Positions 27,908-36,499 of a stretch of DNA of 64,000 bases are shown here, in pieces. Origin of the DNA: Promethearchaeota archaeon (GTDB lineage Archaea; Asgardarchaeota; Lokiarchaeia; Sigyniarchaeales; SOKP01); contig JBHLPW010000007.1 in the NCBI GenBank assembly GCA_048939015.1, positions 31,389 through 95,388 of the forward strand. The letters run 5' to 3'. The notes beneath the pieces were generated by a model. It searched no databases. It was not told the DNA's origin and was given only the letters and a program-made list of their open reading frames with translations. The translations under genes were made by a program, and so were the position numbers. How positions within the stretch are numbered: position 1 is the stretch's first letter; each line of letters opens with the position of its first letter.

Positions 27908-29341
27908 ATGCCTTACATAGCGTCTCAAGAATTAAATATTAAAGACATTTCCTTTATTAATAGTATAAAATCTATTGCTGTAATTGGACCATCTAAAAAG
28001 CGAGAATATTTCTTTTTAAAAAATCATGCAGGGTATTTTAAAGGTCCAGTGTATGCAGTACACCCCTCTGTTAAAGAAATCCCAGATTTTAAAAATGAAA
28101 ATATTTTTCCATCTTTAGAGGAAGTCCCAGGAGAGGTTGATTTTGCTTTTATCGCAGTACCACCATCTCAAATTTTAAAAACTATCGATTCCTGTGTAAG
28201 GAAAAAAGTAAAATTAGTTACGGTTTTTACTTCTGAATTCTCTGATTCGGGGACAAAAGAAGGTATTGCTTTAGAAAAGGAATTATTAAAGAGGGCTCAA
28301 AATAAAGTAAGAATCTTAGGACCAAATGGATTGGGAATCTATTATCCTAAATTAGGTATTGCTTGGCGACCAGGTTTTCCGACCAAACCTGGAAATATTG
28401 GTTTTATTGCCCAATCAGGGGGGATATGTAATATTGCCATATATGGTGCCGAAGCATTAGGTATTAATTTTTCTAAAGTATTTTCATTTGGAAATGGCAC
28501 AGATATTGATTTTGTTGATTTGCTTTATTTTTTAAGCAATGATCCAGAAACAGACATTATTTTATGTTATCTCGAAGGTATTAAAGAAGGAAGAATTGAT
28601 GATTTGAAGAAAGTTCTTGAACAAAACAAAAAACCGACTGTTGTATTAAAAGGAGGACAATCGCATACAGGCTCTATTGCAGCCCAAACTCATACTGCTT
28701 CAATTTCAGGCGATAATCGTCTTTGGAAGGCTCTTTTTAGGCAATTTAACATTATTGATGTTGATTCATTGGAGCAATTACTTTACACTGCTCGTTTAAT
28801 TGACTTTTACGGAGTTTTTGAGTTAAATAATTTAGCAGTTTTTAGTATTAGTGGTGGTTATGGTGTGATTTTAGTAGATCTACTTGAGAAAGCAGGAATG
28901 AAAATACCCCCATTCAGTCCTGAAATCAGAGAAAAATTAAAATCCAAATTTTTTTTACCAGGTACAAGTTCAAATAATCCTTTAGATTTAGCAGCACAAT
29001 TTTTCTTTGTAATTTCTGTATATGAAATTATTGACATTGCTTTATCAGATAAGAAGATAGATGGTTTAGTTTTAGACATGTCCAGTTTTTATTTAACTCC
29101 TGTTCTTAAATCAAGAGATAATCAAGATTTTGAAGCTTATATGATCAAGAGCCTAATTCTGGGACATAAACATAAGAAACCATTAATCCCTATAATCCAA
29201 CGTTTGAATAATCCTGAAGAAAGAGAAAAAATTTCAAAAAAGTTAATTGAAAAGAAAGTTCCTGTATTTGGAGATCCTCTTGAATTTATACCACTACTAT
29301 CTAAGATTTCTAATTATAAAAGAAGTAAGAAACAGTATTAA
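27908..29341 (+). CDS. ADP-forming acyl-CoA synthetase, alpha subunit (CoA-binding plus ligase-CoA domains)
   Basis: 477 aa. It has IAVIGPS, ILGPNGLGIYYP, GFIAQSGG and the phospho-His loop AAQTHTASISGD. No beta (ATP-grasp) subunit gene lies adjacent. Confidence 0.8.
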   Translation: MPYIASQELNIKDISFINSIKSIAVIGPSKKREYFFLKNHAGYFKGPVYAVHPSVKEIPDFKNENIFPSLEEVPGEVDFAFIAVPPSQILKTIDSCVRKKVKLVTVFTSEFSDSGTKEGIALEKELLKRAQNKVRILGPNGLGIYYPKLGIAWRPGFPTKPGNIGFIAQSGGICNIAIYGAEALGINFSKVFSFGNGTDIDFVDLLYFLSNDPETDIILCYLEGIKEGRIDDLKKVLEQNKKPTVVLKGGQSHTGSIAAQTHTASISGDNRLWKALFRQFNIIDVDSLEQLLYTARLIDFYGVFELNNLAVFSISGGYGVILVDLLEKAGMKIPPFSPEIREKLKSKFFLPGTSSNNPLDLAAQFFFVISVYEIIDIALSDKKIDGLVLDMSSFYLTPVLKSRDNQDFEAYMIKSLILGHKHKKPLIPIIQRLNNPEEREKISKKLIEKKVPVFGDPLEFIPLLSKISNYKRSKKQY

Positions 29342-29424
29342 TCATTTTTTAAATCTATATACTGTTTTTACATAATTAGAATTGCCGGTTGAGGGTTAAT
29401 TGCTATTCAAATCGTGATATTTGT

Positions 29425-31797
29425 CTATTTTAAAGCTAGTTTACTTACTTGAGAGACTATATCAGCAAATCTTTTACCTTCTGCTGCAGAAATCCATTCA
29501 ATGATAAATCTTTCATCAGAAATATTATTTTTTTTCATCCAACTTCTAATTCTTTTTTCTCGCTTTATCGCAAAATCATTTCCAGAAATATAATGACAAT
29601 CTTGTGGATGACATCCAGTCAACATTACAGCTCCAGCTCCATGGTTAAAACAATGTTTAATAAAGGAAATCTTTACTCGTCCTGAACACATAGTTCTAAC
29701 AATTCTGGTATTAGTTGGATACTGGACACGACTTGTTCCTGCTAAGTCTGCACCTGCATATGAACACCAGTTGCAAGCAAAGATTAATACTTTTTCAGAA
29801 GGATTATCGCGAAGAGCTATATCAATCTGTCTAAGGATCATTGCGTCTGTAAAATTAGTCATAGTTATTGCATCTGTGGGACAATCTGCTGCACAGGTAC
29901 CACAACCCTTACATAAAACAGGAACAATTCGTGCTGGGGTTTTCTTTTCTCGATCAACACTGATTGCACCGTAAGGACAACGAGATTCACAAGTTCCACA
30001 ACTTGTACATTTATTTGTATCTACAAAGGCATATAATGGTTCTACATGGAATTCATCTTCAAAAAGCAAATTTCCACAACGACCTGCTGCAGCACTAGCT
30101 TGAGTAACTGTTTCTCTGATATCTTTTGGTGATTCAGCACCACCAGCAATAAAAATACCATCAGTTGGAGTATCCACTGGACGAAGTTTAGGATGAGCTT
30201 CAATATAAAATCCTTTTGGATCCTTAGCAATAGGAAAAGGAATAGATTCAGATGAACCTTCTACTCCTATAGAAAGGACTACTAAGTCAAATTCTTCAGT
30301 TAAAATTGTCCCTGTGCTTATATTTTCAACAGTTACATTGAGATTTTTGGTTATAGGATTCTCTTTAATTTGACCTGGCCGTCCACGTATAAAAAGAACA
30401 CCCTCTTCTCTTGAACGTGAATATAATTCTTCAAATCCTTTCCCAAAAGCCCTAATATCAATAAAAAATATTGTAACCTCAACGTCAGGCCAGTGTTCTT
30501 TAATCAAAAGACTGTCTTTTATACTTTCCATACAACAAAAATTAGAACAATATGGATTAAATCGTTTATCACGAGATCCTACACAATTAATAAAAGCAAC
30601 TTTTTTTGGCTTCCTAAGATCACTAGGACGTACGAGTTCTCCATTTGTTGGTCCTGAAGCATTGATTAACCTTTCAAACTCAAAAGTCGTTATTACATTT
30701 GTATAATTACCCCACCCATATTCTGGGAGTTTAGAGGCATCAAAAAGTTCAAAACCCACAGCGATTATTATCGCTCCAACTTGATATTTAAAAATTTTTT
30801 CAGAATCCTCATAATTTATGGCTTCTTTTTCACATTCAGGAACACATTTTCCACATGCTAAAGGTGAAAGGCCTAAACAGGCTTTCTCATCAATTATATA
30901 GCAAGCTGGTACTGCTTGAGGATATGGGATATATATTGCTTTCCTCCAACCTAAATTGCCAGAATATTCATCAACAACGTTTTCAGGGCAGATTGAGACG
31001 CAATCTCCACATGCTGTACATAGATTTTCGTCTACATATCGTGGATATTTTTTGATTGTTACCTCAAAATTACCAATATATCCAGATATGCTTGTAACTT
31101 CTGCACAAGAAATTAAATTAATATTATCATGGATACCTACATCTGCCATTTTGGGACCTAAAATACAAATTGAACAATCCATTGTTGGAAAAGTCTTATC
31201 TATGAGAGCCATCTTTCCCCCAATAGTGGGTGATTTTTCAACAAGAATAACTTCATACTCATCAGCTAAATCTAAAGCAGCTTGAATCCCTGCTACACCT
31301 CCACCAATTATTAAGACTCTTTTTGTAATAGGAACAACGATATCATCAATTGCTTCTAATAATTCCGCTTTAGCAATAGCCATTTCAAGAATTTCTTTTG
31401 CTTTTTTGGTTGCTTCTTCTTTTTCTGAGAGATGTACCCAACTACACTGTTCTCGTATATTAGCAACTTCTACTAGTGAAGGATTTATTCCAACTCGTCT
31501 TAACAGCTTTTTCCATGTTGGTCCATGCAACCTAGGGGAACATGCTGCAACAACTATCTTCTCTATGCCTTGCTCTTTTATTGCGGTTTCAATTTCTACT
31601 TGCCCAGGATCCGAACAAGTATATGTATTGACTTGAACTAATTTAACTCTTGTATCTTCTTCAATTTCCTTAGCTATTTGATCAATATCAACTGTTCCAC
31701 CAATATTTTTTCCGCATTTGCATAGAAATACTCCGATATTAGGTTCAATTTCAGGTTTGTTATCACTTTCAGTCATACTTTCAATCACTTTCTTCAT
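29425..31797 (-). CDS. hdrA: HdrA-like flavoprotein fused to an MvhD domain
   Basis: 790 aa. It has the HdrA N-terminal Cys block (GVFLCKCGKNIGG), an FAD fold (VLIIGGGVAGIQAALDLA) and several ferredoxin motifs (CTACGDCVSICP, CTSCGTCESRCP, CKGCGTCAADCP). The C-terminal MvhD/FlpD signature is IFACNWCSYAGADLAG...MCSGRV...GCHPQDCHY. Confidence 0.85.
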   Translation of the reverse strand: MKKVIESMTESDNKPEIEPNIGVFLCKCGKNIGGTVDIDQIAKEIEEDTRVKLVQVNTYTCSDPGQVEIETAIKEQGIEKIVVAACSPRLHGPTWKKLLRRVGINPSLVEVANIREQCSWVHLSEKEEATKKAKEILEMAIAKAELLEAIDDIVVPITKRVLIIGGGVAGIQAALDLADEYEVILVEKSPTIGGKMALIDKTFPTMDCSICILGPKMADVGIHDNINLISCAEVTSISGYIGNFEVTIKKYPRYVDENLCTACGDCVSICPENVVDEYSGNLGWRKAIYIPYPQAVPACYIIDEKACLGLSPLACGKCVPECEKEAINYEDSEKIFKYQVGAIIIAVGFELFDASKLPEYGWGNYTNVITTFEFERLINASGPTNGELVRPSDLRKPKKVAFINCVGSRDKRFNPYCSNFCCMESIKDSLLIKEHWPDVEVTIFFIDIRAFGKGFEELYSRSREEGVLFIRGRPGQIKENPITKNLNVTVENISTGTILTEEFDLVVLSIGVEGSSESIPFPIAKDPKGFYIEAHPKLRPVDTPTDGIFIAGGAESPKDIRETVTQASAAAGRCGNLLFEDEFHVEPLYAFVDTNKCTSCGTCESRCPYGAISVDREKKTPARIVPVLCKGCGTCAADCPTDAITMTNFTDAMILRQIDIALRDNPSEKVLIFACNWCSYAGADLAGTSRVQYPTNTRIVRTMCSGRVKISFIKHCFNHGAGAVMLTGCHPQDCHYISGNDFAIKREKRIRSWMKKNNISDERFIIEWISAAEGKRFADIVSQVSKLALK

Positions 31798-32665
31798 TTT
31801 CTCTTAAAATTTTCTTACTTTGGGCATTTGTTCGAACTTGTTCTATTTTTTTGCTGAATCCTTCCCGTTCCTCTTCAACGAATTCTCCGCATATAATAAT
31901 CCCTTTCTTGAAATCAAAAGTTGCTTGATGAGGGGGCCAATCAAGTTTAATTCTAATTTGCTTTTTTAACCAATCTAGCATCTCAACAGCATCACCTAAT
32001 TTATTTTTAGCTCCATATTGAACGAAACAAGGAGCAAGAACTTCTATAAAACTGAATCCTTGATTGTCTAGACATTTAAAAATACTTTTTTGTAATCTAA
32101 GAGTGTCGTATCCCGGCCATCTAGCAACATATGTTGCTCCCGCAGCAGCAGCAAGACTTACCAAATTGAAGGGTGGTTCTACATTTCCATATGGAGTTGT
32201 TGCAGTAATATCGCCAATCTGACTTGTAGGGGCTACTTGACCTCCAGTCATGCCATATATATTGTTATTTATACAAAGTACAGTTAATTCTACATTTCTT
32301 CTAGCAGCGTGAATAAAATGATTGCCACCAATAGCGAAAAGGTCTCCATCTCCTGATAAGACTATAACTTTTAATTTAGGATTTGCTAATTTTATACCTG
32401 TTGCAAAAGGTATAGCTCTTCCATGTGTAGTATGGAAAGCAGGGGCTTTAAAGCAGCCACTAGATCGACCAGTACATCCTATACCAGATACAATAGCATA
32501 ATCCTTAGATGTAAGTCCACTTTCTTTTAAACAGTTTGTAATGGAAGTAATTACAGTTCCAATTAAACAACCAGGACAAAAAATAAATCTGTTTAAATTT
32601 AACATATCCATTAAAGGATGACCAGCTACTTCAGAGGGATTCGAAATTTGATCTGATGGACTCAT
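31781..32665 (-). CDS. 2-oxoacid (2-oxoglutarate-type):ferredoxin oxidoreductase beta subunit, canonical order
   Basis: 294 aa. The blocks run in the canonical order: FCPGCLIGTV, SGIGCTGR, SGDGDLFAIGGNH, INNNIYGMTGGQ. The stop overlaps the hdrA-like start by 17 nt. Confidence 0.85.
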   Translation of the reverse strand: MSPSDQISNPSEVAGHPLMDMLNLNRFIFCPGCLIGTVITSITNCLKESGLTSKDYAIVSGIGCTGRSSGCFKAPAFHTTHGRAIPFATGIKLANPKLKVIVLSGDGDLFAIGGNHFIHAARRNVELTVLCINNNIYGMTGGQVAPTSQIGDITATTPYGNVEPPFNLVSLAAAAGATYVARWPGYDTLRLQKSIFKCLDNQGFSFIEVLAPCFVQYGAKNKLGDAVEMLDWLKKQIRIKLDWPPHQATFDFKKGIIICGEFVEEEREGFSKKIEQVRTNAQSKKILRENEESD

Positions 32666-32668
32666 ATA

Positions 32669-33814
32669 CTAAACCTCCTTCATCAATTTTTTAAAAATAA
32701 ATTTAGGACTAAATGGTATTGTAGTTGGAATTGTAATACCAGAAACATTAAACAAATGTCTAAATCTCTGAACTTCTCTAATTATCATTCCATAGTTCAT
32801 TTCAGACACAATAACCTTTGAAACTCCCATTTTCCCTATTCTTTCCATTAATTCATCAGGAAAAGGCCATAAAGTTTTTAATCTCACAAGTCCCACTTTA
32901 TATCCTTTTTCTCTTGCTTTTTCGACTACTTCTGGAATCCCTCTCGCATTAATTCCATAGGCTATGAATACAATATCTGCATCCTCTAAATGCATTTCCT
33001 CCCAATCATTAATTTCAGGTCTTGCTTTTCTAATCTTTTCACAAAGTCGTGTAATTAGAGTTTCTGCGGCCTCTGGTGTCATTTCTGGGTTGCCTTCTAT
33101 ATCATGAGTTAAACCTGTAACATAAAAAGAATAATTAGTCCCTGCGATTGCCATTCCAGGCACAAGATCCTCATCAAAAGCCTCAAAGGGTTTATATTCT
33201 TCTGGTGGAACTTGAGGTTTCTTACGATTTATCAATTGAATATTTGAATGGATATTAACAACTTCCATCATCTGTCCTAAAATTCCATCTGAAGCAACAA
33301 TTACAGGTGTACGATATTTCTCAGATAAATTAAATGCATGAATTGTTAAGTCATACATTTCTTGAACTGTAGATGGAGCTAGTACAATAATCTCATAATC
33401 TCCATGAGATGCGTATCTGGTTTGATATACATCAGATTGAGATGCGTTTGTAGGTTGTCCAGTACTAGGACCTCCTCTCATTATTGTGACGATAACTGTC
33501 GGTGCTTCTAACATAACGCCTAAACCTATACTTTCAGCCATAAGTGAAAGACCTGGTCCAGATGTTGCAGTCATAGCTTTTATTCCCGCGTATGAGGCAC
33601 CAAAACAACTTGTAATTGAAGCCAATTCATCCTCCATTTGTACAAATGTTCCATTAACTTGAGGAAGACGTCTTGACATATAAGCAGCAATTTCTGAAGA
33701 AGGCGTAATAGGATAACCCGCAAAATATAAACATCCTGCTGTAATTGCACCTTCAGCACAGGCATAATTTCCACTAGTTAATATTTTTTTTTCTTGGAAC
33801 TTTATTTTACTCAC
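32669..33814 (-). CDS. 2-oxoacid:ferredoxin oxidoreductase alpha subunit
   Basis: It has TSGNYACAEGAITAGC, YPITPSSE, EDELAS and TATSGPG blocks. I place the start at GTG 33814, preceded by GGAGG 9 nt upstream and overlapping the delta stop (GTGAGTAA). The track ORF (to 33898) would overlap the delta gene by 92 nt. Confidence 0.8.
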   Translation of the reverse strand: MSKIKFQEKKILTSGNYACAEGAITAGCLYFAGYPITPSSEIAAYMSRRLPQVNGTFVQMEDELASITSCFGASYAGIKAMTATSGPGLSLMAESIGLGVMLEAPTVIVTIMRGGPSTGQPTNASQSDVYQTRYASHGDYEIIVLAPSTVQEMYDLTIHAFNLSEKYRTPVIVASDGILGQMMEVVNIHSNIQLINRKKPQVPPEEYKPFEAFDEDLVPGMAIAGTNYSFYVTGLTHDIEGNPEMTPEAAETLITRLCEKIRKARPEINDWEEMHLEDADIVFIAYGINARGIPEVVEKAREKGYKVGLVRLKTLWPFPDELMERIGKMGVSKVIVSEMNYGMIIREVQRFRHLFNVSGITIPTTIPFSPKFIFKKLMKEV

Positions 33815-34094
33815 TATTTTTAACCTCCTTAACAAGTGTTTCCAAAATATATAATGAGACTGTAGGACATAACCGTTCACATTGTCTGCATCCTGCACAT
33901 TCTTCAGCTTTAACTACGATCGCATAATGAAGCATCCGACTATTGAACTTATCTTTGCTTATTTCTATTATATCTTTTGGACAGAATGATAAACATAATT
34001 CACAACCATCGCATTGTTCAGAATCTATAAATATTTCATACTTTTTTTCAGGAGTAGGAGGTGGTAAAATGGGTGTACGTTTAGATTTTAGCAT
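33807..34094 (-). CDS. 2-oxoacid:ferredoxin oxidoreductase delta subunit (2x[4Fe-4S] ferredoxin)
   Basis: 95 aa with CDGCELCLSFCP and CAGCRQCERLCP. Confidence 0.8.
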   Translation of the reverse strand: MLKSKRTPILPPPTPEKKYEIFIDSEQCDGCELCLSFCPKDIIEISKDKFNSRMLHYAIVVKAEECAGCRQCERLCPTVSLYILETLVKEVKNSE

Positions 34095-34283
34095 TTTTTA
34101 ATCATCCTTTATTATATATACACTGACTATTTTTTTTCTCTTATGCTTTAAAATAATAGAGTCTCTTTTAAACTTGCTTTTTATTAGTATAAGCAACTCA
34201 ATTTATAATGAGATCTTAATATGAAATTAGATTAATTAGAATTTAAATAACAAATTTTACAAGATTCTATTAAAGAAACCAGT

Positions 34284-34856
34284 TTATTGATCTTGATTTA
34301 TATATTCCTGATAAAGAGCTTGACCAAGTTGATAACATTGAATATTTATAGCCCTAAACCTTTTTGGCATATTATTCAAAACTTGGTTATAATGCTCTTT
34401 TTTTAAATCAATTTTTTTACTCTCTTTAAGATATTGAGAAAGGAATCCTAAACAAAGAATGTTGGCACTTTTGGGCGTTTTATTTTCATCAGCTCGTCTA
34501 GTAATTGGAACACGCTGGATTTTACCTTTCTGTATGATTTCTTCGGCGTTAGCAATTGTATGCTCATCAATAAAAGAAATCGTTTTTTCACATATACATT
34601 CAGAAGCACGTTCGAATCCTTTTTGATCTATAGCAATAAAAATATCAGCATCTTTGTCGCAGAAGGGATATGAAATAGGAGCAGAATCTAAAATAACATC
34701 ACAAAAAATAGGACCTCCTCTAACAGAAGGAGTATAATCAACTGTAAGTGTTGCATAATAATTAGCAGTCATTGCAACACTGACTAATACACTTCCTACA
34801 AATTTGATCCCTTGCCCGCCTCTTCCAGAAAATCTAATTTTTAATTTTTTATTCAT
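34284..34856 (-). CDS. 2-oxoacid:ferredoxin oxidoreductase gamma subunit
   Basis: It has the RFSGRGGQGIKFVGSVL block. I prefer the ATG at 34856; the track uses TTG 34862. Confidence 0.8.
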   Translation of the reverse strand: MNKKLKIRFSGRGGQGIKFVGSVLVSVAMTANYYATLTVDYTPSVRGGPIFCDVILDSAPISYPFCDKDADIFIAIDQKGFERASECICEKTISFIDEHTIANAEEIIQKGKIQRVPITRRADENKTPKSANILCLGFLSQYLKESKKIDLKKEHYNQVLNNMPKRFRAINIQCYQLGQALYQEYINQDQ

Positions 34857-34951
34857 GGACAATATAAAAATTTTTGATACGTATTATTTTAATTTAGTAA
34901 ATGTTATTTTTAAAACATTATATTAAAGAGAAGATTTCTATATTTTATAAG

Positions 34952-35308
34952 TTATTCTAATGGCTTAAATACATAAGAATACACTTCTTCACCGTTTAGA
35001 TCATTACAAATTTTTTTATATATAGGTTGAAGAATTATACCAATTTTTAGATTCTCTTTATTAGTGAGTTGTCCTAATGCTTTTACTCCGTTCTCAAACT
35101 CCACAACTCCTAGAGCATAAGATTCTTGATCTTGAAATTCCATTGGTGGTGCATTTAATATAGTATAAGTTAATAACTTACACTTTCCCGAAGCTTTTAT
35201 TGATTCAAATTTATCTGTTTTACATTTTAAACATCTTAAATGAGTTGGATGTTGCAAGAATCCACATTTTTTACATTTATTATATTTAATTTTTACTCCA
35301 GCATCCAT
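34952..35308 (-). CDS. DUF35 family Zn-ribbon/OB-fold protein
   Basis: It has a rubredoxin-like CKKCG...CLKC knuckle followed by an OB-fold-length C-terminus (GKCKLLTYTI...VEFENGVKALGQL). I prefer the ATG at 35308. Confidence 0.7.
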   Translation of the reverse strand: MDAGVKIKYNKCKKCGFLQHPTHLRCLKCKTDKFESIKASGKCKLLTYTILNAPPMEFQDQESYALGVVEFENGVKALGQLTNKENLKIGIILQPIYKKICNDLNGEEVYSYVFKPLE

Positions 35309-35457
35309 AATTACCACTACTATAAATCAAAAATCATTCAATTAAGTTTTAAAAATATAAACTGATTGCTAGTAAATATTCAGTTTTTAAGAAATATTAA
35401 TCTTAATAAGAGTTGATAAATATTCAGTTTTTAAGAATGTTATTCTTGCTAATTTAA

Positions 35458-36432
35458 ATGAAAAAATCTTTAACTCCAGAAAAAATTCAGAAAGATTATT
35501 CAACTGGAAATCTAGGCAAGGAAAATGCTGCTGATTTATTAATTTCATTAATTGATAGTAGCGATAATACTGAAATTAGAGTAAGGAGTATCAAAGTATT
35601 AGAAAAATTACAATTTCAAAATGAAAAGACCTTTAAGATGTTCGAGAATCTATTGATATCAGATGAGAACGCAAGTGTGAGAGCTTCGGTTATAGAATAT
35701 TTGATTCAAAATTTTCTAGAAGAGAGTCTACCTGCTTTAAGATGGGTAATTCAACACGAAAAATCTCCTCTAGTTATAAAATTATTATATGATTTCATAG
35801 AAAGATCTTTTTCTCCTCAATTGAAGATAATAAAAAAAGATCTGACCCTTTGGGTTGAGGATTTTTCTTCAAAAATTGGAATTATCCCTCAAGAATCGAT
35901 ATTTTTCTTAGATTTGGAAGCCTTATTTGCTAAAGGTAAAAGAAGCTATGAAATTGATCCTTCTATTTATAAGTATTTTGAAAAGTTAACAGATATTAAA
36001 CATGGTGAGCCTTGGTTAGTTATTAAAAAAAAACACGTTGAAATATTGAATTTTAATTATTTTAATTGGAAATTTATTAAGAATAACACTGATATCCTCA
36101 CATCTCTTTCAAAATTACAAGATCTTGATGTGTATCTATGTTCATTAAGAAAATATAGTCATAATCAAATTCTATTATCGACAATTCCAGAATCGATAGG
36201 ATCTCTTATCTTTTTAAAAAAGTTATTTTTAAGAAGGAATGGTTTAAAGAAATTACCGGTTTCCATGAAAAATCTCTCAATGCTTAAAGAATTAGATATA
36301 AGCTACAACAAATTTGAAGAAATTCCTAAAGTAATAAATTCTTTTAATAAACTTGAAATTCTTAATATAAAACATAATTTTATCCAAAACGTACCTGATT
36401 CTTTATCTTATTACATTAAAGTAATTAGATAA
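35458..36432 (+). CDS. HEAT-repeat plus leucine-rich-repeat (LRR) protein
   Basis: The N-terminus has HEAT/PBS-lyase-like repeats (DNTEIRVRSIKVLEKL; DENASVRASVIEYL). The C-terminus has at least 4 LRRs (LxxLxLxxNxLxxLP: LKKLFLRRNGLKKLP, LKELDISYNKFEEIP, LEILNIKHNFIQNVP). Confidence 0.75.
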   Translation: MKKSLTPEKIQKDYSTGNLGKENAADLLISLIDSSDNTEIRVRSIKVLEKLQFQNEKTFKMFENLLISDENASVRASVIEYLIQNFLEESLPALRWVIQHEKSPLVIKLLYDFIERSFSPQLKIIKKDLTLWVEDFSSKIGIIPQESIFFLDLEALFAKGKRSYEIDPSIYKYFEKLTDIKHGEPWLVIKKKHVEILNFNYFNWKFIKNNTDILTSLSKLQDLDVYLCSLRKYSHNQILLSTIPESIGSLIFLKKLFLRRNGLKKLPVSMKNLSMLKELDISYNKFEEIPKVINSFNKLEILNIKHNFIQNVPDSLSYYIKVIR

Positions 36433-36499
36433 TTATTTAAACTAAAAAATATAAAGTTTAAATCAAACTTTATAAAATATTTTTATTCAAGTGTATATC

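Noticed and set aside
29425-31797. Selenocysteine or pyrrolysine recoding, or frameshifts, in HdrA-MvhD, the molybdoenzyme (52088-54352) or other redox enzymes.
   Set aside because: All these ORFs are uninterrupted and of the expected full length. No in-frame TGA/TAG splits a homologous reading frame into adjacent ORFs.
34095-34283. The 189-nt gap between the OFOR gamma and delta genes, read as a sign that gamma belongs to a different unit or hides a small gene.
   Set aside because: No ORF is present. The gap contains TATA-like (TATATATAA) and SD-like (GGATGAT) sequences close to the delta start, so an internal promoter is possible. I cannot decide on operon structure from sequence alone and report it only within the operon finding.
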